Assembly (NCBI GenBank): GCA_047967505.1
Contig: CM106538.1
DNA length: 64,000 nucleotides
Reading direction: 5' to 3' (one strand)
DNA from: Dipteris shenzhenensis
Taxonomy: Eukaryota
This document shows, piece by piece, positions 11,280 to 21,564 of this stretch. Position numbers and translations under genes: made by a program. Every line of letters begins with the position of its first letter. The first letter of the stretch is position 1. The notes under the pieces are model-generated. The model was not told the DNA's origin. It saw nothing but the letters and a program-made list of their open reading frames with translations, and made no database searches.

Positions 11280-12651
11280 AGCGCAAGTTCGCGCTTTTCT
11301 CACAGGGATCTCTGACATGTCGCACCGCTCGCGTGAAGCCTCTCCAGAGATTAAAGAATCAAGTCCCAAAAAGACCCCTGAAGTCAACGTCCAAGGCGAA
11401 TCACTATTGCAACTTCAAATATCTCAGCTTCAGGACAGCATCTCCGACTTGGTTCAGAAAGTTCAACAACTTCAAGATTCTCGAAGTCCCGCACATACAG
11501 AGGATGACGTGACGCAACCAGACGACGATGCAGACTCTTTCCCACCAGAGGTAGAAAACACTGAACTACGTGCCCTCTACCGATTACTTCAAGCTTCCAA
11601 AACTAAAAGACTTGACGTCAAACTTCCGGAAGCCTACACTGGTCAACGCAATCGCCGAATAGTTGACCAATGGCTCGCTAAAATGCGCATGTATTTTGAC
11701 ACTGTTGACCTCACTGAAGGCAAAAAGATCGCCTTGGCAGCCTCCCTCCTGAAGGATACAGCTTTTCTACGGTGGCAAAGATGCTTAAAGGACGGAAAAA
11801 GTGTGTTAACATGGGAACGTTTTGAACACGTGCTCCGTAAGCAGTTTGTACTTGCCAATGCGGACTTCCAAGCACGTTCAAAACTCCGACAGTTGGAGCA
11901 AACGGGTTCCCTGTCTTCCTATATCTCTCAGTTCACCACATTGGTGCTGGAGATTGATGGTTTAACTGAGGATGATCGCCTTCATGCCTTCATCTCAGGC
12001 CTAAATCTCTCGTTACGCATTGATGTTCTTAAAGCAAACATCACCACCACAGATGGCGCTATTGCTTACGCAGAGCGCATTACAGATTTCCAAAACACAG
12101 GGAAGCAGAGTGCTAATCGCACACAGAACTCTACTATGGCCAAAGGTGCTCGCTCTCAAGATCATACCAGGTTTCGAAAAAACTCTGGTAATCAAGGTCA
12201 GCGAGAATATCAAGATCCCCAGAAGCCTCCGAAATCATATGCTGGATTCCAACAGAAGCACTCCCCCAAGGATCGCGCTTCTTCTTCTTCACAAAGTCAT
12301 TACCGACATCCCCAACCTAAAGGTGCGGCCACTGACAAGAAGAACAGCTCCAGCACAAAAGGACTTTGTACCATCTGTACAGGCGACCATAGATGGTTCG
12401 ATTGTCCCAAGCGACCAAAGCAAAATTCTAATATGAAACCTAGCACTTCCCAAAAAGAAGATGCTACCTCAGCACAAGACAAGAAAGGCAAAGCTGTTCG
12501 AATGGCGAATACCATCCACCTGAGCCTTGCCAGCAACCCCGAATCTTCCCTGGTGGCCACTCAAGTACTTTGCGTTCAAGGATCGATTCGTGGAACAACG
12601 GTCACCATCCTCATCGACAGTGGCTGTTCTCATAATTTCCTAGCCAGTTGA
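11266..12651 (+). CDS. gag: Ty3 Gag and start of aspartic protease
   Basis: Retrotransposon gag-like core (WERFEHVLRKQF, LRQLEQTGSLSSYISQF), CCHC knuckle CTICTGDHRWFDCP, protease motif ILIDSGCSHNF. Confidence 0.92.
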   Translation: MVQTRAQVRAFLTGISDMSHRSREASPEIKESSPKKTPEVNVQGESLLQLQISQLQDSISDLVQKVQQLQDSRSPAHTEDDVTQPDDDADSFPPEVENTELRALYRLLQASKTKRLDVKLPEAYTGQRNRRIVDQWLAKMRMYFDTVDLTEGKKIALAASLLKDTAFLRWQRCLKDGKSVLTWERFEHVLRKQFVLANADFQARSKLRQLEQTGSLSSYISQFTTLVLEIDGLTEDDRLHAFISGLNLSLRIDVLKANITTTDGAIAYAERITDFQNTGKQSANRTQNSTMAKGARSQDHTRFRKNSGNQGQREYQDPQKPPKSYAGFQQKHSPKDRASSSSQSHYRHPQPKGAATDKKNSSSTKGLCTICTGDHRWFDCPKRPKQNSNMKPSTSQKEDATSAQDKKGKAVRMANTIHLSLASNPESSLVATQVLCVQGSIRGTTVTILIDSGCSHNFLAS

Positions 12652-15295
12652 TAAACTTCGGTTGACCACCAGTCCTAGTCTCATGGACTATCAGATTGAA
12701 CTCGCAAATGGAACTACTTTCTTGTGCAACACCAGGATCAAAAACTTGTCTTTTCGCATCCAACATTATACAGACAAGTTGAACTTCGACATCATGCCTC
12801 TTTCTCGGTACGATGTCATACTCGGACAACAGTGGCTATACGATTATGATCCATCAATCAGCTTTCGCAGCCATACTATCCAATTTGTCCACCAGGGAAA
12901 ACTTATTGAGCCGAACAAAGTATGGACACTATGAATGTTTGGTCATGCCTTTTGGGTCAAACAATGCCCCGGCCACATTCATGACATTAATGAACGACAT
13001 CTTCAGGCCTTTCCTCGATAAGTTCGTCATCGTTTACCTCGATGACATCCTCGTTTTCAGTAGATCCCTACTTGAGCACAAACAACATCTTCACCAAGTT
13101 TTTGAAGTTCTCCGCGCAAATTCTCTCTACATCAACATTGAGAAGAGTGAGTTCTTCAAGACCCAACTTGAATATTTGGGACATGTTATTTCAGCTCAAG
13201 GCATCTCTGTGGATCCCAAGAAGGTCCAGGTAATCAGAAACTGGCCTACTCCTAAGAATGTTCATGATGTCCGCTCTTTTCTCGGATTGGCAAACTTCTA
13301 CCATACAAAGGTCTATCAGTTTTCCGAAATCGCAGCTCCTATGTCCGAATTATTGAAAAGCACAGCAGTTTTTCAGTGGCTTCCCGAAATAGAGTATAGT
13401 TTTCAACAACTCAAGCAAGCACTCACTACCACACCAATTATGGCTATTGCTGACCCCAACCTTCCATTTGAGGTCATGACCGACGCTTCCGACATCGCTA
13501 CAGGAGCAGTCTTGATGCAAGAAGGCAGAGTTATATCCAAACCCGATATCCGGTCTATGATAAGGAGTTTCTTGCTGTTGTACATGCTTATCGCTCTTGG
13601 AAACATTATCTCATGGGAGCCGACTCTGTGGTCAAAACAGACCATCACTCTTTGAAGTACATCTTTACTCAGCCAGTCATGAATGCTCGACAAGCACGCT
13701 GGGTTGAGTTTCTGGCCAACTTTCACATGACCATTGAGTACATACCAGGACTACGCAATGTAGCTGTAGATGCTCTCAGCAGGTTACCTCTAGCATCAGC
13801 CATGGTAATCTCTACATTATCTGTGGATGTTCTGAATTCATTCAAAGGAAAGTATTTCAATGATAAAGACTTTGGCACAGCAGTACAGGTTCTTTCAAAA
13901 GATCAACCTTCGACTTCCGAACAAAAGATTTTCTCATCCTATTCTTATACGGACGACCTTCTGTATTATCAAGATCGCATCTGTGTACCACATGACAAGG
14001 ATGTTCGACGTCTTTTGTTAAAAGAGCATCATGTAGTTCCTTATGCTGCCCATCCAGGCATCAATAAGACTTATCGGTTACTCAGTGCAACATACTACTG
14101 GCCTCAGATGAAAAGCGATGTCATCAAAATGGTTACATCTTGCTTATCTTGTCAACAAATGAAAGCAAGCCGACGACTTCCAATAGGACTTCTTCAGCCT
14201 CTTCCAGTTCCAACTGAAAGGTGGGAAAGTATTTCCATGGATTTCATTACAACACTGCCACGATCTTCCCGAGGTAATACTCAGATTATGGTAATTGTTG
14301 ATCGATTGTCCAAAATGGCACACTTTGTTGCTTGCAAAAGCAGTGCACAGGCTCCGGACATAGCCAAACTCTTCATAGAACACATTTTTCGACACCATGG
14401 ATTACCCAAGAATATCATATCTGACAGAGATCCTAAGTTTACCAGTCACTTTTGGATTTCACTGTTCGACTCTTTGGGTACTACTCTACTGTTCAGTTCA
14501 GCCTACCACCCAGAATCAGATGGCCAGACTGAAAGAGTCAACCAAGTTCTGGAAGAAATGCTTCGACATTATGTTCAGTCATGCCTAGCAGCTTGGGAAG
14601 AGTATCTACCACTCCTTGAGTTTGCTTATAATAACTCTTTCCATAGCGCCATCAGCATGACTCCATTCCAAGCAGCTTATGGACACACTCCTATTGTACC
14701 CACAAATTTTGTACTTCAACATCGAGTGGCCCTAGCTGATCAACTGCTTCAAGAAATGCAAGACATTCTACTGCAAGTCAGGGATCATATGCGAAAAGTG
14801 CAAGAGCGGTATCAACGGTCTGCCAACAAACATAGACGTCACCTGGAATTTAACACTGGTGACATGGTGCTATTATTTGTAGCCCCGCATCGCTATAAGA
14901 CGGTTAAGTCTGTGTTTCCTAAGTTGCGACCCAAATACTATAGACCTTTCCGGATTGTCAAGAAAAATTCACCTTTAAGTTACAAATTGGAATTACCACC
15001 ATCATGGGGTAAAATCCATCCAACATTTCATATTTCTTGGCTAAAGACGTACATTCCAGGCGATGAATCAGTTCCTCCTGCAGGTGATTATGTCCCAGAA
15101 ATCGAAGACGATTATGTTCTCCTTATTCCTGAGCGTATTCTGGACCATCGACAGCGAGAGACTCGACATCGACTTATCACGGAATTCCTTGTTCTTTGGC
15201 GAGATCTGGACGACTCCGATGCTACTTGGCAGTTTGATGAAGACTTACAGCAGTACCCTGACCTTTTACAGCAGTATTTTCAGAATCTACCGTGA
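12652..15295 (+). pseudogene. pol: Ty3 pol (PR C-terminus, truncated RT, RNase H, integrase, chromodomain), frameshifted
   Basis: VMPFG..NAPATF, YLDDIL, TDASD, integrase zinc finger (HPG...CLSC), SDRDPKF, GQTERVN, C-terminal chromodomain (PERILDHR...FLVLWRD..DATW); N-terminal half of RT missing at about 12908. Confidence 0.92.
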
Positions 15296-15351
15296 TATTT
15301 TCTACATCATCTCATTATCTCCACCAGGGTCTTCTTTTGAGTGGGAGGGGA

Positions 15352-15782
15352 TGTCACGATCTGTGACGTATTCCTTTCTCTATTTCTAGACTTATGGATG
15401 GTTTGATGAATGGACACTTGTGGAAGGGTATGCCCTTTCGACGGGACACTTGCCCTTTTGACGGGACACTTCCTAGTGAGGCATAACCCTTCACAAGAGA
15501 CATTCTAATGAAGAGACATTCCTATTGTAATGTACCCTCTCATCAAGGGTCACACCCTTCACAAGGGGTACACACCTCTTCATGCACATACCCTTTGGAG
15601 TACACACCTTTTCATATGTGACTCTTCACTCTCTATATAAGAGAGGCCCAATTGTATGGATGACAACAACATCCACCCTACAGATATTCAAGCAATACAA
15701 TTATTCCTTGTTCTCTGCTATCTCAGTCTCTTTTCTGTTCCTTAGCACATTTCTAAATATAGTAAATCTAGGATTTCTTACA
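15352..15782 (+). repeat. 3' LTR of Ty3 element
   Basis: Direct repeat of 8852-9282, followed by TSD CGCAG. Confidence 0.95.
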
Positions 15783-15787
15783 CGCAG

Positions 15788-16100
15788 CCTGTGGAGAATT
15801 AAAGAACACCTAGAATAACCCTCGTTTCTATAAACGAACATCTTTAAGGTGTGGGGCGAGGTTAAAGGGTAAGGCGTGGGGCGAAGTCTTCAAGGGTGAG
15901 AACCATAGTTGCGAGCAAAAAGAGTGGTGGAAGACTCCGATTCCACGTCTTTCTAAAGATGCAACAGCTCACCTTTTGAAAATGTGCATGTTCTAGTGGC
16001 TGATGGAGGCCGACTCAAATAGAATTTCGAGCTATCCATATCGAAAGGCTGAAAGAGAGAAAAAGGGAGAGAGAGGAGTTGAGACGAGGGCTGAGAAGAA
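15788..16100 (-). mobile_element. 5' part (ORF1 start) of the L1 interrupted by the Ty3 element
   Basis: Nucleotide homology of about 15890-16000 to L1 ORF1 at about 38290-38410 (CACATTTTCAAAAG...TTCCAC.ACTCT on -). Confidence 0.7.
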
Positions 16101-16888
16101 GGCGCTTGATTGGCTTGTGTTGTTGCCATTGGCGGATGTTGTTCAGGTCAGTCCTGGTAGTCTACTTACTCGCTTTTGCTTCTGCCTACGTCATCCTATT
16201 GCATGTTGACTTTTTGAACTTTTTATGCACGTGTGAGTGTTAGTAGACCCGATTGGCCGCATTTGCTGCACTGTGCGCTATGCCTTGTTGTCTATGAGTC
16301 GTGCTGTTTTCGGCGGGTCTATTGCATAGTTTGCCATGTCAGCAGCTTTGACCTCTGTCTGCGTTCTGTATGCTGATTCTTATAGTCTGTCCGCCTCTTT
16401 CAAAAACTGGTGAAGCTGTGTATTGAGGGTTCCCCAACCCTTATCCACCTAGCCACTCCACGAGACCTCATCTCCTTAAAAGGATCCGGTGTATTGGAGG
16501 TCTTCCCCATCAAGGCTTCATAGACATTGGTCCACCCACTTCATATGTGGGATTAAGCCCTTGTACGCATTTGCCACTTGTTGGTCCTAGGTGAGGTTCT
16601 ATTGTTTAGTCATCTCCCTTCACTTGCACCTTCATGCACTTATGATTGTGCACATTCTAAGACGGGGTGCCACTTTTTGTAGAAGAAGCTACCTTCACGC
16701 AGTTGCTTTTAATTATTAAATCTCTTTGCAATTTGTGTATAATGTTCTTGTTTCTTGTAAAGACTGAAAATCATAGATAAGCATTACATTATTTCTTTCC
16801 TTTTTGCTCATACCCTTGTAATCAGCACAATATAGCTATTGTAATTTTATATGGATTGATTACTAATCATTGCATTATACCTTTGTAG

Positions 16889-16954
16889 GTGAGGGACTAT
16901 AGAACAGATTGGGATTTAGAAGTTCATGAGCCAGTGGCTGGTAATTATTATCCT
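16889..16954 (+). CDS. Alpha-mannosidase (GH38) internal exon
   Basis: CTTTGTAG|GTG...CCT|GTAAGT; 66 nt encoding VRDYRTDWDLEVHEPVAGNYYP, the conserved PVAGNYYP motif that directly follows GRDFIKR in plant GH38 proteins. Confidence 0.93.
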
Positions 16955-17116
16955 GTAAGTATTAAGAGGGTCTAGGTTTGGCATGGACATTGGTTTTTTT
17001 TCACTACATCATAAAGAAGGGAGCACTTTTCATTCTATTTTTGAAGCAATATAAAGAAAATATTTCAAGAAGAAATAAGAGATGTCCTTGTAGAAACTAT
17101 AAAGGTGTAACCATAG

Positions 17117-17119
<3 letters not shown>

Positions 17120-17157
<38 letters not shown>

Positions 17158-18804
17158 AAGAAAGAAATTTTATTAGAGTCTTCGGAAGACCGATGGGTCT
17201 ATGAGACTGGAAGAAAACATGATACAAATCATAGTAAGGGTGGAGCTACTGAAACGAGCATCATCACCCGTGATGAATCCTTAAGTCTGATCATACATAA
17301 TCAAATACATCTGGGTGTAACAATGAAAAGAAAAAGACTAGAGCGGAGCGAAATCCTTCGTATGTCATGTCACCCTGGCTGGTGCATAGCCGATGATGGG
17401 ACGCTGGTGCCCGTCAAGGGGTGCCGTGCGTCCCGGTCTCCGAGACGAGGCTCGACGCAAGACCAGAGCCACCGTGACTCCCGTGGGACGTATCCCGGGT
17501 CTAAACAATGACGGGAGGTCCCCCAGAGTGATCTGTGTGTCCCCTCGATGTCTCGTGTGTCGTGCTGCGGTCGTCGGGTCGGGGTCTTTGTCACGTCTGC
17601 GGCTAGAGATTGGACGATCAATGTCACTCGATGGGAAGAACTTTGTGATCCTGCTGTGAGAGATGTCTGATGATGTGGCCAAGCCCCATCGCCTGAGTAA
17701 GTACTCTCTGTGTCGGACCCCCTCGTGAATGAAGGCCACGAGGCATCTCTGATCTGGGTAGGCGAGGAATCTAGAAAGGAGCCCGGAGTCGTCTTTGAAG
17801 AGGCAATGGTAGTCCTTGGATCTCGTAGTACACTGGGCACTTGAAAACAAAATGCTCCTCCTACTCAACCTCCTGACAGTCGCACAATATGCATAAGCGA
17901 TGCTCCCTAGGAATCCCCTCTGCTCTGCCGCTCTCTATGCGGAGGCGGTGTGATGATACCCGAAACTGTCCAATGGAGATCCGTAGTGAGTGAGGCATAT
18001 GAAGCTTAGTGTACCCCAGTGGTGTGATGAATCCCTCCTCCGAAATATGAAGACTGTAATCTCTGTAGAAACTCAACTTCATTGGAAGCTCCCTTGGCTC
18101 CAACTAGGTCCTAAACGTGTGTAGCTGCAGGAGATCCTCTCGAATGACCTGGTTGGTGCGTGGCCCGATCGGGATGGTGGGTGGGAGTACTGGAGGGGCA
18201 TCTAAACTGTACTGAAAAGGAGAGAAGGAGAAGAAGAAGAAGAAGAAGAATATATTATCGTCCTCTGAAGACCAAAACCGGCCTATGGGACCTGGGCAAT
18301 ACAATATCACAAGTACATGAAAGCTCCTCCCGAAGATGGGAGGGTGGAAAGAGAAACCACCTTCTAGGATTCAGGTGGATTCCTATGCTTGAAGAGCTTA
18401 TACACAAATGTTCCTAAAGCTGAAGGTGACCCTTTATGCAGCAAATCAGCGAGTTTGTTATGTCCCTCAAGGAGGTGATTGAACTCTTCCCTAATGTGTG
18501 CATAGTGAGGGCATATCATTACCATGTGTTCTTCTGTTTCAACCATACCTTGATCACATAGTTGGCATATTCTACTCTCCCTTGGCATCTTTTTCCATCC
18601 CCCTGTTTCTATTTGCAGCTGGTGTGATCGGGTGCGAAGTGAGGCTAAAGCCCTCCGTTTATGCACTGCTATAGAAGTACATATGTACTTCTACGTTGTT
18701 GTCTCCCTTCCTGTATAAATTGACCAATATTCGGGGTTGATATATGTGCGATAGTACTCAAATTTATCTTTGTTTTCTGCTGTTTGCCATTTCCTGTGTA
18801 GTGC

Positions 18805-18859
<55 letters not shown>

Positions 18860-20040
18860 TTACTAATGTCTGCAAAAGGCCAAAAAAGCCTATGAGACCT
18901 AAGTCAGCTAGAAGTACACCTTTCTTGGGAGAAACTACAAGTATTCACACCCCCAAAACAAAAGATAAAACAAGTACTAGCCAACCTAGGAATGACATGT
19001 TGAGATTCCATGTGTCAAGAGTAGTTCCTATCATATCCTAACATCTATCATGAGTACGTTGAGCTCTATGTGGACCTAATGGAGGGTCCTAGTGTCTCTA
19101 CAGCATGTCTAAGATCAGTTGTTGCTGTCCTAGACTCCTCTCTATATTAGGGAAGGAGTGAGGTTGTATGTCGCCCAGATACTGCAATAATGGTTCCCCT
19201 GATAGGATAGGCCTTGGTGGGGCTTGTGTCTAGTCTCCTACTTACCTGGCATGCCTAGAAATCAGGGTCTGGTCTGAAAGAAAGAAAGAAAGAAAGTGTA
19301 TTATTGTCCACTAAAGGCCAAAATGGGCCCATGGGACATCAAGAACTCTGCATACAAGATAGCACAAAATCAACGTGCCACAAAGAAGAGGCATCGTCGA
19401 ATATCATCTAAGTGCTACGCAATACAATGCAAGTGGAAGTACATAATGTCAAATCTGAGCCTAAATACAAAGTAAACTAGATGCAAGGAAACCGCCCCTA
19501 GGTGCAAAATGGGGGGATGAGTACAATATGCCAATGCAAAGATACAAGTCCAGGTGTCACGGAGTCTGAGAACCAAAATAATACTGGAAATCCTGTCCAT
19601 CGACTCTGCCTCCTGCTATGAGAGTACAAATCTGAGCAAAGGTGAGGTGAGCGGCTGGTGGGACGAGATCTCCATGAGTAAGTCTCCTCCGAAAAGCTGC
19701 CATCATCCTGGATTTCTGGAGATGAAGCGACGAGTACGTCCCCTATGTAACAAGATCCTGCGGCGTCTACAAACCATCTCATATGTACATCCACAGGGTG
19801 GAGGCATGTGTCCTGTGTGAGCTCTGACCTCCTCGTGCTCCTCCTGGTCTCTGTCCTCTGGTATAGCGTGTGCCTGAGCTCTATCAGGCTGGGCTCTATC
19901 ACGCTCCGGTCTGTGCTGATGGTCTCTGAGGTAGTCTCGTCGAAGCATAGTGGCCCTCCCTGACATAAAGAGCTAGGCAATGCTGATCCTCGTAGTCCAT
20001 CACTCGTGAGAGAGGTCCAAAGCCATCCGTGAAGAGACAG

Positions 20041-20099
<59 letters not shown>

Positions 20100-20608
20100 T
20101 ATTAAAGTCTTCGGAAGACCGATGGGTCTATGAGACTATCAAAAACCTGATACAACAATAAACTGGTAGAGTAGCGCTACTAATCGAGCGTCCACTCCCA
20201 TATAAAGCAAGAAATGCATATCACTGCATGACCAGATACAAAGAAAAGCAATCATGTACAGCTTCAATATCACTATGGTCTCTCAACTCCGCCGTCAAGG
20301 GTGAGGGAGCGATGTCATGAAATCTGATATAGAATGTTGCTGTCCCTTTGTGGCTATGGCTTTGTGCTGTCTCTGGCGGGCCCTAATCCTGCATCTGACT
20401 AGGGTGATAGTCACTCTGGTCGGTCGTGTACCCACCTTGAACATGGATGGGATGTCACCAAGTGTAATTTGAGTATCTCCCCTCTACTTCAGCTGTTGTG
20501 TCACTGGCTCAGGATCCCGGGCACACCTAGAGCCAGTACGGGGAGCCAGTACGGGGAGTATCCCTATCATCAGGCAGGAAGAAATCCGTGATTATGTGTT
20601 GAGGGGAA
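17120..20608 (-). mobile_element. Head-to-tail array of five 5'-truncated non-LTR (RTE-X-like) 3' ends separated by GA-type microsatellites
   Basis: Units start at 17168, 18251, 18857, 19297 and 20097, each with the same 3' terminal motif after a (GA)n, (GAA)n or (GAAA)n tract; C-terminal domain FRVSSHRLRIESGR..IPRE.RLC..C..EVE..H....C and LRTRSHQLQIETGGW...RICQLC...EEH...CP. Confidence 0.8.
18808..18856. repeat. (GA)n microsatellite; related tracts at 17120-17166, 18215-18250, 19276-19296 and 20043-20096
   Basis: Direct read. Confidence 0.95.
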
Positions 20609-21513
20609 TGCGACGGGAAATGCTCGCGGAACCTGCAAATCCTTGAAAAACACAGCAACACTCTTCGAAAATACGCACAAACTCTCAAAGCTCACAAACG
20701 GAAGAGACAGAATAAGCGTGTTGGGTACAATCTCCCCCCATAGGTGTGGTGCTCTCCTTCCACCTCCTATGTATTTATGTATATTTCCAAAAAAGCTTCC
20801 GAGCAAAAATCATACAAAAGCCCTTGTGCTTTTCTCCATACCCCCTTTTACAGAAAGCCCATCCACCTTCTAGAATAGCTGGCTTTTTCTAAAAATAAAG
20901 CTTTTTTTAACTTTAGTTTATACACTTAGCCAAGCTACTAATATTCCAAAATTCAAATATGTACATAAGCTTTTGTAATATAAAAAATTAGGCATAAGCC
21001 TTATTCATCCCCGCATCACTGGAGTTGCATCTACGCGCCCAAAATATGAAGGATCATGCGTGCCAGATGACATCGCCCGATCAATTACTTTTCCCCTGGT
21101 GGATTCACACGATCAATAGTAATGAAATATTTCAAGCATAAGATAACCTTGGAATTAATCACCACAATCAATCAACCTTTCAGTATTATAGCGACGCAAA
21201 ATCAATAAATCATGGATGAATGGTACACACATGTGACACATACCATCTCATGGTGCACCTGATGCTACACATGAATAAAATCGTACGGATGGTGCACACA
21301 TGCTACACATACTATCATCGTGTAAGTGGTGCACACAATGCTACACACTCATACAGCCGCCGCCGCAGTCGTATATCCAACCATGTAGAAGCACACATGC
21401 ATCACTACGGAACAGCGAGCACACATGTATCAGCTGTGCGACAAAAATGCTAAATCTCACTAAACTAAATACTGAAGGATTAAATTAATGAGATACTTCC
21501 AATTCTCGTAACA
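20609..21513 (-). repeat. 3' LTR (905 bp)
   Basis: Direct repeat of 27140-28013 with many substitutions and indels. Confidence 0.92.
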
Positions 21514-21564
21514 TCCCTCTTGCTTGAAATCGCAATTGCTTTCAATTGCACGACAAAAAAGTAG

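Larger units (their letters stand above)
8852..15782 (+). mobile_element. Ty3/Gypsy chromovirus LTR retrotransposon (internally deleted)
   Basis: 431 bp LTRs TGTCAC...TTACA; TSD CGCAG on both sides; PBS at 9284-9295; PPT GAGTGGGAGGGGA; order gag-PR-RT-RH-IN-chromodomain. Confidence 0.97.
622..16888 (+). other. Phase-0 GT-AG intron of the alpha-mannosidase gene, 16,267 nt
   Basis: GTAAGT at 622, pyrimidine tract plus TAG ending at 16888; flanking exons join as ...DFIKR|VRDYRTDW... Confidence 0.88.

Noticed and set aside
16978-17511. 177 aa ORF just after the third exon
   Set aside because: Runs through a (GA)n tract and the antisense of a LINE 3' end; no protein signature
17120-20140. Repeat-spacer pattern resembling a CRISPR array
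   Set aside because: Repeats are degenerate LINE 3' ends with 0.4-1 kb variable units in a eukaryotic intron; no cas genes
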